The notes under the pieces were generated by a model, which saw nothing but the letters and a program-made list of their open reading frames with translations, did no database searches and was not told where the DNA came from. 64,000 nt of DNA from an uncultured Bacilli bacterium (lineage in GTDB: Bacteria; Bacillota_I; Bacilli_A; RFN20; CAG-826): positions 11,380-75,379 of the forward strand of contig CALVXK010000006.1 of NCBI GenBank assembly GCA_944369075.1, given 5' to 3'. This document shows, one piece after another, positions 56,610 to 64,000 of this stretch (the stretch's first letter is position 1; the number at the start of each line of letters is the position of its first letter). A program made the position numbers and the translations under genes.

Positions 56610-57600
56610 TCACGTGGAAACAAAAAAGAAAATAGACTTAACTTATTATCGCGCGAGATTCTCACAAAAGTTTGGAGCGATGATTATTGACTTCGTCGTT
56701 TTTGCTATTTTAGGTTTGCTTCTTTTTATGGGAGCAAAAGGAATAGTAGAAGCTACTCCAAAATTTTATGAAATCAATCATAATTTAGAAGTCGCTCAAG
56801 TAAATTCATCTTTATATATTTATTCAAGTGATAGAGACCGTGTCGAAGATGTTGTTACTTATATCAACTATAGAAAAGATATGTCTTCAGCTGAGATCGA
56901 AACATTTTTAACTACAAGAATATATGAATTTTTTGATTCTTTACCAGAATATAAAGAAGAACTAGAAAACGAATACTTAGAATCTATATCTAGAAGCGAT
57001 CTAACTTATAATGGTAATCCTTATTTTATTAAAGATGAAAATGGAGAAGTAGTTAAAAACACTGAAGCTAATATTCCGATTGCTCAATATAATAACAACA
57101 TTTATAAACCTTATATTGATAATATTGCTTTAGCACAATTTATAATTAAAACCCCAAATGTTTTAGATTATCAAAAGTTTTTATCAAATATGTTATTTTT
57201 TGTAGAAATTCCAGTTGGAGTGATACTTTCTACAACGATAACTTTTTATATAATTCCTTTAATTTTCTTTAGAGGTAGAAAGACTTTAGGAAGACTTTCA
57301 ATGAGAATCGGGCTTTTAGATTCAAATAACTATAATGTTAATTTTTGGAAGTTTACTTTAAGATTTGTAATATTTTTATTTTTAGAAGTAATACTTTCCG
57401 TTGCTACTTTAGGAATTCCTTTAATTATTTCTTTATCAATGTCAGCTTTTTCTAAGAAAAAACAAAATTTCCATGATTATATGCTTGGAATAATAGAAGT
57501 TGATACTTATGGAACTAAAATCTATAAAGATAAATTCGAAGTCTCGAAAGAAGAAAATAGAATGAAATTAACGGATTTTAATCCTACTAGAAAGTTTTAA
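56599..57600 (+). CDS. RDD-family membrane protein, type B paralogue 2
   Basis: 333 aa and the most canonical RDD signature of the four: YYRARFSQKFGAMIIDFVVF, FFRGRKTLGRLSMRIGLLD and KKQNFHDYMLGIIEV. It overlaps the preceding gene by 11 nt. Confidence 0.65.
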   Translation: MENNHVETKKKIDLTYYRARFSQKFGAMIIDFVVFAILGLLLFMGAKGIVEATPKFYEINHNLEVAQVNSSLYIYSSDRDRVEDVVTYINYRKDMSSAEIETFLTTRIYEFFDSLPEYKEELENEYLESISRSDLTYNGNPYFIKDENGEVVKNTEANIPIAQYNNNIYKPYIDNIALAQFIIKTPNVLDYQKFLSNMLFFVEIPVGVILSTTITFYIIPLIFFRGRKTLGRLSMRIGLLDSNNYNVNFWKFTLRFVIFLFLEVILSVATLGIPLIISLSMSAFSKKKQNFHDYMLGIIEVDTYGTKIYKDKFEVSKEENRMKLTDFNPTRKF

Positions 57601-57672
57601 AGGAGATTTTTTCGACTTTTCTTTCATATGAAAGAGCTAAAACAATTTTACAGTGTAATGTTTATTTTCATG

Positions 57673-57701
57673 TTGTTATTGAAACTACTAATCGATATAA
57701 T
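57673..57701 (+). promoter_or_regulatory. promoter abutting the start codon of the surface-protein gene (candidate leaderless mRNA)
   Basis: TTGTTA (57673-57678), 17 nt, TATAAT (57696-57701), then 6 nt to the ATG at 57708. There is no SD sequence. Confidence 0.4.
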
Positions 57702-57707
57702 TAAGTC

Positions 57708-59243
57708 ATGAAGTTTAAAAAATTAGCTTTGAGTTTTCTATACCTTTTTATAGGGGTAGCTACCTGTTCATTTACTTCAAACGAATCTAATGTTTCTTCA
57801 CTTGAAACAATTTCTAAAAGTGCAGAAATTTCTGCTAATAACGGAGTTAATGGTGAACTAGGAACATTAAATACTGACTTAGAAGTCCAACTTAGATCAT
57901 ATGCTGTTACTGAATTAAGTGCATCGTTTCAAGTTTTAATTAATTTTTCTGAAACAGCAAATTTACAAAATAACTATTATGTCGGTTATTTAGGCGAGGG
58001 TGATGAATATTTACCTGCATCTTTAAGGTTTTATGTGAAACAAACTGATGGTCAAGTCGTTCAAAGAAGCGCAGCAATTAATAAGGCTCAACAAAACAAT
58101 AATTATGATGGGCTAGGTTCTTCTTTAGGTGCTAATTCTTTAAACACTTATTGTGACATTGACATAGCTTATGGCGAACAAGTCCTTTATGATATGGGTA
58201 TTGAACTCTTTAATATTTTTCCTTATAACAGCGATACAAGAACTGTAGATTTAGATAATCCAACATATTCTACATGTATAACTACATCATTAGATGCAAA
58301 TGTTTTTGCCCCAATATACAATTCCGAAGATTTTTTTAAATTAAGTTATAATGGCAGTAGCAATTTCTCTGGCTATTCTACTTTTACATTTAATGTTGAG
58401 GATAAGGGAATAGCGCTTTATGAATCGTTAAGTGCAACTACTGCTAGAGCTTTTATGGAATATGAAGATTATATTAACGATGGAAGATATTATATTAGAA
58501 GTATTCTTTCCTTTGGTGGTGACACAGAGTTTGTCTTAACACATAAAGATGGCACAATCCAAAGATTAGAATCAACCTCTATGCAATATGAAGTTACAGG
58601 CGGCGGCCAAGTTGTTTTACTTTTTGAAAACATTGATGCTGATGATATAGAAAAGGTTGAAATTTACGATTTATACTATCAATTAGGAATTTATAACCCA
58701 GATACTGGAAGAGACTTAAATAGAACAACCTTTAATCAAAGATTCGGTCGTATTTATACTGGCATGGAAGATTTAAAGGATTCTTCGGGAGTTACTATTT
58801 CAAGTGAAATTACAGGCGCATTTAATATTAATTATGATCTGATTGTTGGTTTAACATTTGGTCTATCGACGTTAATATTCTTGGGAATCGTTATTCCTTC
58901 ATATTTCTACTTAAAGAAAAAGAATAGAAACGATGAATTTAAGAGAATGAATACAAAATCTTATGTTACAACTGCTACGATGGGCTATTTAACAATTGAG
59001 TCTGTGTTGTTGTTAGTGGTTTTTATTGTAATTAGGTCGACAACATTTGCAAACTCACTCGTTGTTTATAATCCAACAGATCCTTATATTATTGTTCTTG
59101 GTGTCGCAAGTATTATCCTTGTTGGTTACTTTATTAGATACTTTGTTATTGCAGCTAAAAATAATGCTGAAAAGAGAAGAAGAGATAAACTTAAAATTAA
59201 CCAAGATGTTATTGATGACGGAACACTTATCATTCGTAAATAA
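57708..59243 (+). CDS. surface protein with a lipoprotein-type signal peptide and three C-terminal TM helices
   Basis: 511 aa. The N-terminus reads MKFKKLALSFLYLFIGVATC. A ~360-aa domain rich in beta-favouring residues follows, then three hydrophobic helices and a basic tail. Confidence 0.6.
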   Translation: MKFKKLALSFLYLFIGVATCSFTSNESNVSSLETISKSAEISANNGVNGELGTLNTDLEVQLRSYAVTELSASFQVLINFSETANLQNNYYVGYLGEGDEYLPASLRFYVKQTDGQVVQRSAAINKAQQNNNYDGLGSSLGANSLNTYCDIDIAYGEQVLYDMGIELFNIFPYNSDTRTVDLDNPTYSTCITTSLDANVFAPIYNSEDFFKLSYNGSSNFSGYSTFTFNVEDKGIALYESLSATTARAFMEYEDYINDGRYYIRSILSFGGDTEFVLTHKDGTIQRLESTSMQYEVTGGGQVVLLFENIDADDIEKVEIYDLYYQLGIYNPDTGRDLNRTTFNQRFGRIYTGMEDLKDSSGVTISSEITGAFNINYDLIVGLTFGLSTLIFLGIVIPSYFYLKKKNRNDEFKRMNTKSYVTTATMGYLTIESVLLLVVFIVIRSTTFANSLVVYNPTDPYIIVLGVASIILVGYFIRYFVIAAKNNAEKRRRDKLKINQDVIDDGTLIIRK

Positions 59244-59254
59244 AGGAGTTATAT

Positions 59255-61156
59255 ATGGAAATTAAACTTAAGGGCATAACAAAGGTTTTCCCAGGAAATC
59301 CTAAAAAACATATTAAAGACACTGTTGCAGTTGATGATTTTGATTTAACTGTTCCTGACGGTGCTTTAGTTGGCTTGCTTGGACCTTCTGGTTGTGGTAA
59401 ATCAACAACTCTATATATGATTTCTGGTTTACAAACTCCAACAAGTGGGGAAGTTTGGTTTGGTGAAGAAGAAGTTACTAATCTTTCGCCTGAAAAAAGA
59501 GGAATTGGCTTAGTTTTCCAAAATTACGCACTTTATCCTCATATGACTATTTATAAAAACGTTGAATTTCCACTTTTAAACTTAAAGGTTGAAGTTCCGC
59601 TTGTTACATTCTTTGATTTCCATATTAGCTACATTTATGACATGAAAGAAGATGACCACGTTGAAGGTATTGTCCGTTCAACAAAAACTTTACTTGGAAA
59701 AATCGGTATTTCAAAGAAAAATTATAAAATTACATCTTCTTTGAGTGGTAATAATTTGACTTTAGTTGTTGATTTATTAAATCAAAACGAAAGAGATAAG
59801 GATTTGTTCTTAGATAATTTCTCAAGAATTATTGAGCCAAAGACAACTAATGTTGAGCAAAAACAAACTAGTGACGCATTATTTGATGCAAAAATGAGAT
59901 TCTCTTATGCTTTAGATAGTTCTGAGAAAATCTGCAATGGTCAATTTATTTTTGACCTAGATGTTAAAAAAGAAGAAAGCGGAATTTTAATTTCTGATAT
60001 ATTGGATTTTATAAGATCTAAAGGATTTAAAATCGCTTATTCTCCTTCTTACGAAAATAAAGGTAAAACAGTTTTACTTGTTTCGTTGATTAGTAAATCG
60101 GAAAAAGATGCTTTAGAATGCGTTAAAGAAGTTGAAAATAACTTTAATTGCAAAGGTTCTTTGAGAATAGATAATGTTGAAACAAAAGAAATTAAAAAAG
60201 AGCTTTATCATGCATTAAAAAAATTCGCTTCACATATCAAAGAATTAAGTGCATATGATGATAAAGGAGATACTCAAATTTACTTCTTAATTAAGAAACT
60301 AAAAGAAGAAGAAGTAGATGAAGTTAGAAATATTGTTAAACAAACTTTTAATGTCAAAAAAGAAGATGTTAAAACAAGTGTTGCTTTAGCTTATAGAAAA
60401 TTAACAGCTAACGAAAGAAAAGATATTGTTCACGAAACTGCAAAACTTGTTCAAATCGAAGAATATCTCGAAAGAAAGCCAGCTCAACTCTCTGGCGGAC
60501 AACAACAAAGAGTTGCTATTGCTAGAGCTTTAGTTAAGAAACCAAAGGTTTTACTTTTAGACGAACCTCTATCAAACTTAGACGCTCGTTTAAGACTTCA
60601 AACTAGAGAAGAAATTAGAAGAATTCAACAAAATACAGGAATTACTACAGTCTTCGTTACTCATGACCAAGAAGAAGCAATGTCTATTTGTGATCAAATT
60701 GTTGTCATTAAAAATGGTATTAAGCAACAAGTTGATAGTCCGCAAAATGTTTTTAATAACCCTAAAAATTTATTCGTCGCTCAATTCTTAGGAAATCCAC
60801 CAATCAATGTTTTTAAAGGAAAAGTTAAAAACAAAGGTATTTATATTGGCGAAGATTTAATTTATCGAACAACAACAGACATTAAGGATCAAGATGTTTA
60901 TGTAGCAATTAGACCTGAAGGCTTTGCTCTTACAAACGAAGATGATCATGTCTTACATGCAAATGCTGAAATGATTCAAGTTTTAGGTAGAGATATTTCC
61001 ATCATCTCAAAAAACGATAATTGCTTATCTCCAACATTTAAAGTTATTATTCAGCACGTTGAACAAAACTTACTTGGAGAAATTAAACTTAAAGTTTTAC
61101 CTAATAAATTATTCATCTTTGATGAACATACAGAGGAAAGAATTTATATCGACTAA
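59255..61156 (+). CDS. MalK/UgpC-type ABC importer ATPase with a ~270-aa insertion in the helical subdomain
   Basis: 633 aa with Walker A GPSGCGKST, Q-loop VFQNYALYPHMT, signature LSGGQQQRVAIARA, Walker B LLLDEPLSNLDA, and a C-terminal regulatory (TOBE-like) domain. Confidence 0.9.
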   Translation: MEIKLKGITKVFPGNPKKHIKDTVAVDDFDLTVPDGALVGLLGPSGCGKSTTLYMISGLQTPTSGEVWFGEEEVTNLSPEKRGIGLVFQNYALYPHMTIYKNVEFPLLNLKVEVPLVTFFDFHISYIYDMKEDDHVEGIVRSTKTLLGKIGISKKNYKITSSLSGNNLTLVVDLLNQNERDKDLFLDNFSRIIEPKTTNVEQKQTSDALFDAKMRFSYALDSSEKICNGQFIFDLDVKKEESGILISDILDFIRSKGFKIAYSPSYENKGKTVLLVSLISKSEKDALECVKEVENNFNCKGSLRIDNVETKEIKKELYHALKKFASHIKELSAYDDKGDTQIYFLIKKLKEEEVDEVRNIVKQTFNVKKEDVKTSVALAYRKLTANERKDIVHETAKLVQIEEYLERKPAQLSGGQQQRVAIARALVKKPKVLLLDEPLSNLDARLRLQTREEIRRIQQNTGITTVFVTHDQEEAMSICDQIVVIKNGIKQQVDSPQNVFNNPKNLFVAQFLGNPPINVFKGKVKNKGIYIGEDLIYRTTTDIKDQDVYVAIRPEGFALTNEDDHVLHANAEMIQVLGRDISIISKNDNCLSPTFKVIIQHVEQNLLGEIKLKVLPNKLFIFDEHTEERIYID

Positions 61157-61161
61157 GATTT

Positions 61162-62232
61162 ATGGAAAATACAACAATTTCTAAAAATTACGATTTGACT
61201 TTATCTCGAGATCAAGTATTTGATGGAATGAAAGAAGGATATCTTTCAAAATACGATGAATCAAAGGATGTAATTGTTCACTTTGTATCTAGAAAAAAAG
61301 CAAAGGAAAAATTTAAAGTTGGCGGCGTTTTAGATAACGAGCAATCTAACAACTGGAAAGCCTGGCTTTATTTAGCCCCTGTTCTTATATTAATGGCAAT
61401 TTTCTTAATTTATCCTTTAATTAATACAATTGTCATTTCCTTCATGAGCAACTACAACTATGTTACTGGGGATTTTGACGGATTTACGCTTAATAACTTT
61501 GGAGCAATCTTAGGTTTAAGTGATATTAATGGCTATCGAGATAATAGACTTATTGATTATGGATTTGTTAACACATTTTTAATTACATTTGTAACTGTTC
61601 CATTATCACTTGTTATTGCTTTACTTATTTCGGTTTTGCTTAATTCATTAAAATGGTTAAAGAAAGTATATCAAGTTGTATTCTTCCTTCCATATGTTAC
61701 AAACACTATCGCTATTGGTATGGTTTTTAGTGTCTTATTTGATAAACAAGGTATTATTAACTACATATTTGGAAGCGATATAACTTGGATTTATGGCGCC
61801 GATAGATGGACCGCAATGGTTCCGTTATGCATTTATATTGTTTGGTCGTCATTGCCATTTAAGATTCTTATCTTATTAAGCGGTTTACAAGGAGTTGATA
61901 AACAATATTATCAAGCAGCAAAAATTGACTCTACGCCAAAATGGAGAGTTTTGCTTAGAATTACAGTTCCTGCATTATCTCCTCAGATTCTCTATTTAAT
62001 GGTTACATCATTTATCGGAGCATTTAAGGAATACAGCTCAATTGTTGCTTTATTTAACGGCCCTGGTACTTCAACTGGCAGTTATAATATGTATACAATA
62101 GTTTATTATATTTACGATAACTTAACATCGAATACGAGTTTAGCTGCCGCAGCTGCTGTTATCTTATTTATTATCATTCTTATTTTTACATTCTTACAAC
62201 TTTGGCTCTCTAAGAAGAGAGTTCACTATTAG
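61162..62232 (+). CDS. carbohydrate ABC importer permease (MalF/UgpA-like)
   Basis: 356 aa with six TM helices and the EAA-loop region QAAKIDSTPKWRVLLRITVP. Confidence 0.88.
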   Translation: MENTTISKNYDLTLSRDQVFDGMKEGYLSKYDESKDVIVHFVSRKKAKEKFKVGGVLDNEQSNNWKAWLYLAPVLILMAIFLIYPLINTIVISFMSNYNYVTGDFDGFTLNNFGAILGLSDINGYRDNRLIDYGFVNTFLITFVTVPLSLVIALLISVLLNSLKWLKKVYQVVFFLPYVTNTIAIGMVFSVLFDKQGIINYIFGSDITWIYGADRWTAMVPLCIYIVWSSLPFKILILLSGLQGVDKQYYQAAKIDSTPKWRVLLRITVPALSPQILYLMVTSFIGAFKEYSSIVALFNGPGTSTGSYNMYTIVYYIYDNLTSNTSLAAAAAVILFIIILIFTFLQLWLSKKRVHY

Positions 62233-62243
62233 GAGGAAAAGAT

Positions 62244-63221
62244 ATGGTCGCTACTAAATTAAAAGAATATATCGATTTCTCTAATGATAAAGATATTGAT
62301 GTTGATGTAACTATTACAATTAAAGAAGGTAATAGAAGTGTCGATTCAATTAAAAAAAGAGAAAAAGTTACAAGGTTTTTCTTAACAATTATTTTGTATA
62401 TTTTAGTTACATTCCTTGCTTTAATGATGATTTTCCCATTTTATTGGATGATTATTACATCGTTAAAGAACAACTCCGAAATTATTAGTGCAAACCAAAC
62501 ATTTTTCCCAACTATAGTTATGTGGTCGAATTATGTTTATGTTTTCCAACACTTTAATTTTGTTACTTATATGACTAACACTATCGTTGTTGCAATTTTC
62601 TCTACAATAGGTACATTAATTACAACAATTTTTGGTGCTTTTGCTTTTGCAAGACTTAACTTTAAAGGTAGAGAAGCCTTATTCCTAGTCTTTTTAATGA
62701 CTATGATGATTCCAGGCGAAATGATGGTTATTTCTAACTACATTACAGTTGCTGCTTTTGGCTGGATTGGCGAAAATGCAACGCTTCTTGATGCTTATCT
62801 TTCAATGATTGTTCCATTCTGGGTAAGTGTTTTCTATATTTATTTGCTTAGACAAAACTTTAAGCAAATTCCAAATGAACTATATTTAGCTGCCAAGGTT
62901 GATGGGAAGAGCGATTGGTCATTCTTACGGAAGGTCATGGTTCCTCTTGCAGCCCCAACACTAATTTCGATAACTATTCTTAAATTTATGGGAACACGGA
63001 ATTCATATGTTTGGCCAAACTTAGTTGCTAATAGAGATGAATTTAGACTTATTTCTAATGGTTTAAGAGGAAGTAGTTTCGTTGATGTTGAATCAGGTAG
63101 AGTTGAATATGGTTATCAAACAGCTGCTACGGTCTTAGTTACTGTTCCTTTATTCTTACTTTTCGTCTTATTCAGAAAGTATATTATGAGAGGCGTCGGC
63201 CGTGCAGGTATCAAAGGTTAA
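62244..63221 (+). CDS. carbohydrate ABC importer permease (MalG/UgpE-like)
   Basis: 325 aa with EAA-loop region LAAKVDGKSDWSFLRKVMVPLAAP. Confidence 0.88.
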   Translation: MVATKLKEYIDFSNDKDIDVDVTITIKEGNRSVDSIKKREKVTRFFLTIILYILVTFLALMMIFPFYWMIITSLKNNSEIISANQTFFPTIVMWSNYVYVFQHFNFVTYMTNTIVVAIFSTIGTLITTIFGAFAFARLNFKGREALFLVFLMTMMIPGEMMVISNYITVAAFGWIGENATLLDAYLSMIVPFWVSVFYIYLLRQNFKQIPNELYLAAKVDGKSDWSFLRKVMVPLAAPTLISITILKFMGTRNSYVWPNLVANRDEFRLISNGLRGSSFVDVESGRVEYGYQTAATVLVTVPLFLLFVLFRKYIMRGVGRAGIKG

Positions 63222-63242
63222 AACGGAGGTTTTATATTAAAA

Positions 63243-64000
63243 ATGAAAAAAAGATTATTAGCTTTAGCGTTTGCTGCTTTTGCTGCAATTGGTCTTAGTG
63301 CATGCGGACCAGAAGGAGCTACACCAGGTCCATCACAAGAAGGTTTTATTAAAGATCCTACAACAATTTATTTATGGACAACTTCTGGTGATTCCGGTCA
63401 AACATTATTAAACAGATGGGTCGAAGAATTCAAAGAAATCGAACCAAATGTCACTGTTGTCAATGTTAAACAAAGCGGAAGTTATAATGATTTGGAAAAT
63501 ATGGTTATTACTGGCTTTACAGCTAATAACTATCCAGATTTAGTTGCTGCTTACCCAGACCATGTTGCTGACTATATTGATTACGGAAAAGCTGTTAAAT
63601 TAGATGATTATATTGATAATGCTGAATATGGCTGGACAACTGAAGAAAAAGCTGACTTCGTCCCTGCTTACTTAGAAGAAGGCCAAGAATATACTGTTCC
63701 AGGAACTTGGTCATTACCATTCTCAAAATCAACTGAAGCAATGTTTTATAACGAAGACGTTTTAATCGGCTTAGATTTATCTAGCGTTGATTCAACAATT
63801 AATAATGGTAATCCAATTAATGCTCCTTATTTAAGTAGTTTAACTTGGGAAGAACTATTTAATAAATTATGTCCAGCATTATTAAAATATGATGCTGAAG
63901 TTAAAGATATTATTCAACCATGCGATGACGGTGTAACAAGAGTCTTCGGCTATGATTCTGATGATAACTTATTTATTACATTAGCAAAACAATATAATTT
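63243..64000 (+). CDS. ABC importer substrate-binding lipoprotein (family 1 SBP; C-terminus runs off the window)
   Basis: My own translation gives MKKRLLALAFAAFAAIGLSACGPEGA...IYLWTTSGDSGQTLLNRWVEEFKEIEPNVTV..., with lipobox LSAC and GGAGG upstream. It is open to the window end. Confidence 0.85.
   Translation, partial: MKKRLLALAFAAFAAIGLSACGPEGATPGPSQEGFIKDPTTIYLWTTSGDSGQTLLNRWVEEFKEIEPNVTVVNVKQSGSYNDLENMVITGFTANNYPDLVAAYPDHVADYIDYGKAVKLDDYIDNAEYGWTTEEKADFVPAYLEEGQEYTVPGTWSLPFSKSTEAMFYNEDVLIGLDLSSVDSTINNGNPINAPYLSSLTWEELFNKLCPALLKYDAEVKDIIQPCDDGVTRVFGYDSDDNLFITLAKQYN

Noticed and set aside
4624-56621. The CACGTG enrichment as a codon or peptide artefact, or as a DnaA-box variant.
   Set aside because: Coding copies occur in three different reading frames and on both coding strands, and a third of the sites are intergenic. 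The motif differs from the TTATCCACA consensus at key positions (CGTGGAAAC versus TGTGGATAA).
51077-57600. Calling 51-57.6 kb a horizontally acquired island on base composition alone.
   Set aside because: Spot counts of 60-nt lines gave 13-27% GC here, against 38-43% in gyrA and ftsH. A core gene such as tatD is also about 20% GC. The difference therefore tracks protein conservation and expression more than foreign origin. No integrase, tRNA or flanking repeats are present.
1-64000. Translation table 4 (TGA as Trp), as in Mycoplasma and Spiroplasma.
   Set aside because: All long conserved genes (mfd at 1173 aa, ppdK, gyrA and others) are uninterrupted under the standard code. Trp is encoded by TGG. 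The ABC-2 ATPase ends at a TGA that overlaps the next gene's ATG.
1-64000. CRISPR arrays, rRNA or tRNA genes, IS elements, integrases and prophage genes.
   Set aside because: I saw no regularly spaced direct repeats. No GC-rich cloverleaf-like segments appear in any intergenic gap; the only structured RNA-like gap is the SRP RNA at 1103-1181. No ORF has transposase, recombinase or phage structural motifs.

Overview
This is an AT-rich, gene-dense window (about 30% GC by eye, with little intergenic DNA) centred on a chromosomal replication origin. Gene strand switches at about 12.2-12.6 kb. To the left, on the minus strand, lie dnaA-dnaN-yaaA-recF-gyrB-gyrA, a GT4-like ORF, serS, SRP RNA and tadA. 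To the right, on the plus strand, lie rpmH-rnpA-yidC-jag-mnmE-tatD-rnmV-rsmA-ispE, then pth-mfd-yabO-tilS-ftsH-dusB-lysS. This is a compressed version of the Bacillus origin-proximal gene order, without any cell-wall, division or sporulation genes. All long conserved ORFs are intact under the standard code, and at least one gene ends in TGA, so this is not a code-4 Mycoplasma or Spiroplasma. Together with a minimal ~79-nt SRP RNA and many lipoproteins, this fits an Acholeplasma-like Mollicute or a close Erysipelotrich relative; that assignment is inference only. DnaA boxes flank dnaA on both sides, giving a bipartite oriC. Housekeeping and metabolic genes on the opposite strand include ppdK, a TetR plus heterodimeric ABC exporter operon, pepO and trxB. 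From about 43.5 kb the content becomes accessory: a NERD / alpha-beta hydrolase / ABC-2 operon, a membrane-anchored Fe-alcohol dehydrogenase fusion plus a beta-rich hypothetical, a thioredoxin-like lipoprotein and an esterase. A 588-nt intergenic region then precedes the most interesting locus (51.1-57.6 kb). That locus holds a SIR2_2-type putative NADase translationally coupled to two multi-pass membrane proteins, a strongly SD-preceded 32-codon ORF, a membrane-anchored XRE-type HTH protein, and a second copy of the same two-gene membrane module. The window ends with a surface protein and a sugar-type ABC importer whose ATPase carries a ~270-aa repeat-containing insertion. A DNA motif built on CACGTG (consensus about GTTTYCACGTGRAAAC) is clearly over-represented and concentrated in intergenic DNA, with three copies upstream of the SIR2 locus. 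I found no rRNA genes, tRNA genes, CRISPR arrays, transposases, integrases or prophage genes.
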